A stretch of 63,147 bases of DNA, filler included, from Octopus bimaculoides (Eukaryota): assembly GCF_001194135.2 (NCBI RefSeq). It is 6 parts of 5 records of this genome, joined end to end, with 100 filler letters (N's around TTAATTAATTAA, not from the genome) between each part and the next. Parts side by side here need not be neighbours in the genome. Positions count along the whole stretch, not along the records: positions 62,053 to 63,147 come from NC_068994.1; 5 more parts are not named here. One strand, written 5' to 3'. The notes beneath the pieces were generated by a model, which was given only the letters and a program-made list of their open reading frames with translations, did not search any database and was not told where the DNA came from. Position 1 is the stretch's first letter. Every line of letters begins with the position of its first letter. Shown piece after piece: positions 63,134 to 63,147 of this stretch. The position numbers and the translations under genes are program-made.

Positions 63134-63147
63134 AATCGCCACGTCAT

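Overview
Eukaryotic, AT-rich, repeat-saturated genomic DNA from a draft assembly. It is most likely an octopus or other coleoid cephalopod, inferred from recalled SINE families and microsatellite density. Only one host protein-coding segment is supportable: a 157-bp minus-strand internal exon (60419-60575) encoding part of the kinase-homology domain of a receptor (membrane) guanylyl cyclase, which appears to use a non-canonical GC splice donor. The rest is decayed mobile DNA and simple repeats. A LINE pile-up at about 0.65-12.2 kb contains RTE, Penelope-like, Tx1/L1 and two R4/Dong-type copies. Elsewhere there are many mariner relics, hAT-type MITEs, tRNA-derived SINEs, CR1-group LINE 3' ends, a ~115-bp minisatellite, two long inverted duplications and very large microsatellite blocks. 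Five 100-bp N44-TTAATTAATTAA-N44 spacers are artificial joins, so long-range contiguity is uncertain. Nearly all ORFs in the supplied track are microsatellite, N-gap or antisense-to-TE artefacts. I found no convincing novel multi-gene system. The best leads are the GC-AG intron, the foldback structures, a LINE/SINE shared tail and a microsatellite born inside a LINE endonuclease. Family assignments come from recalled motifs; no database searches were run.
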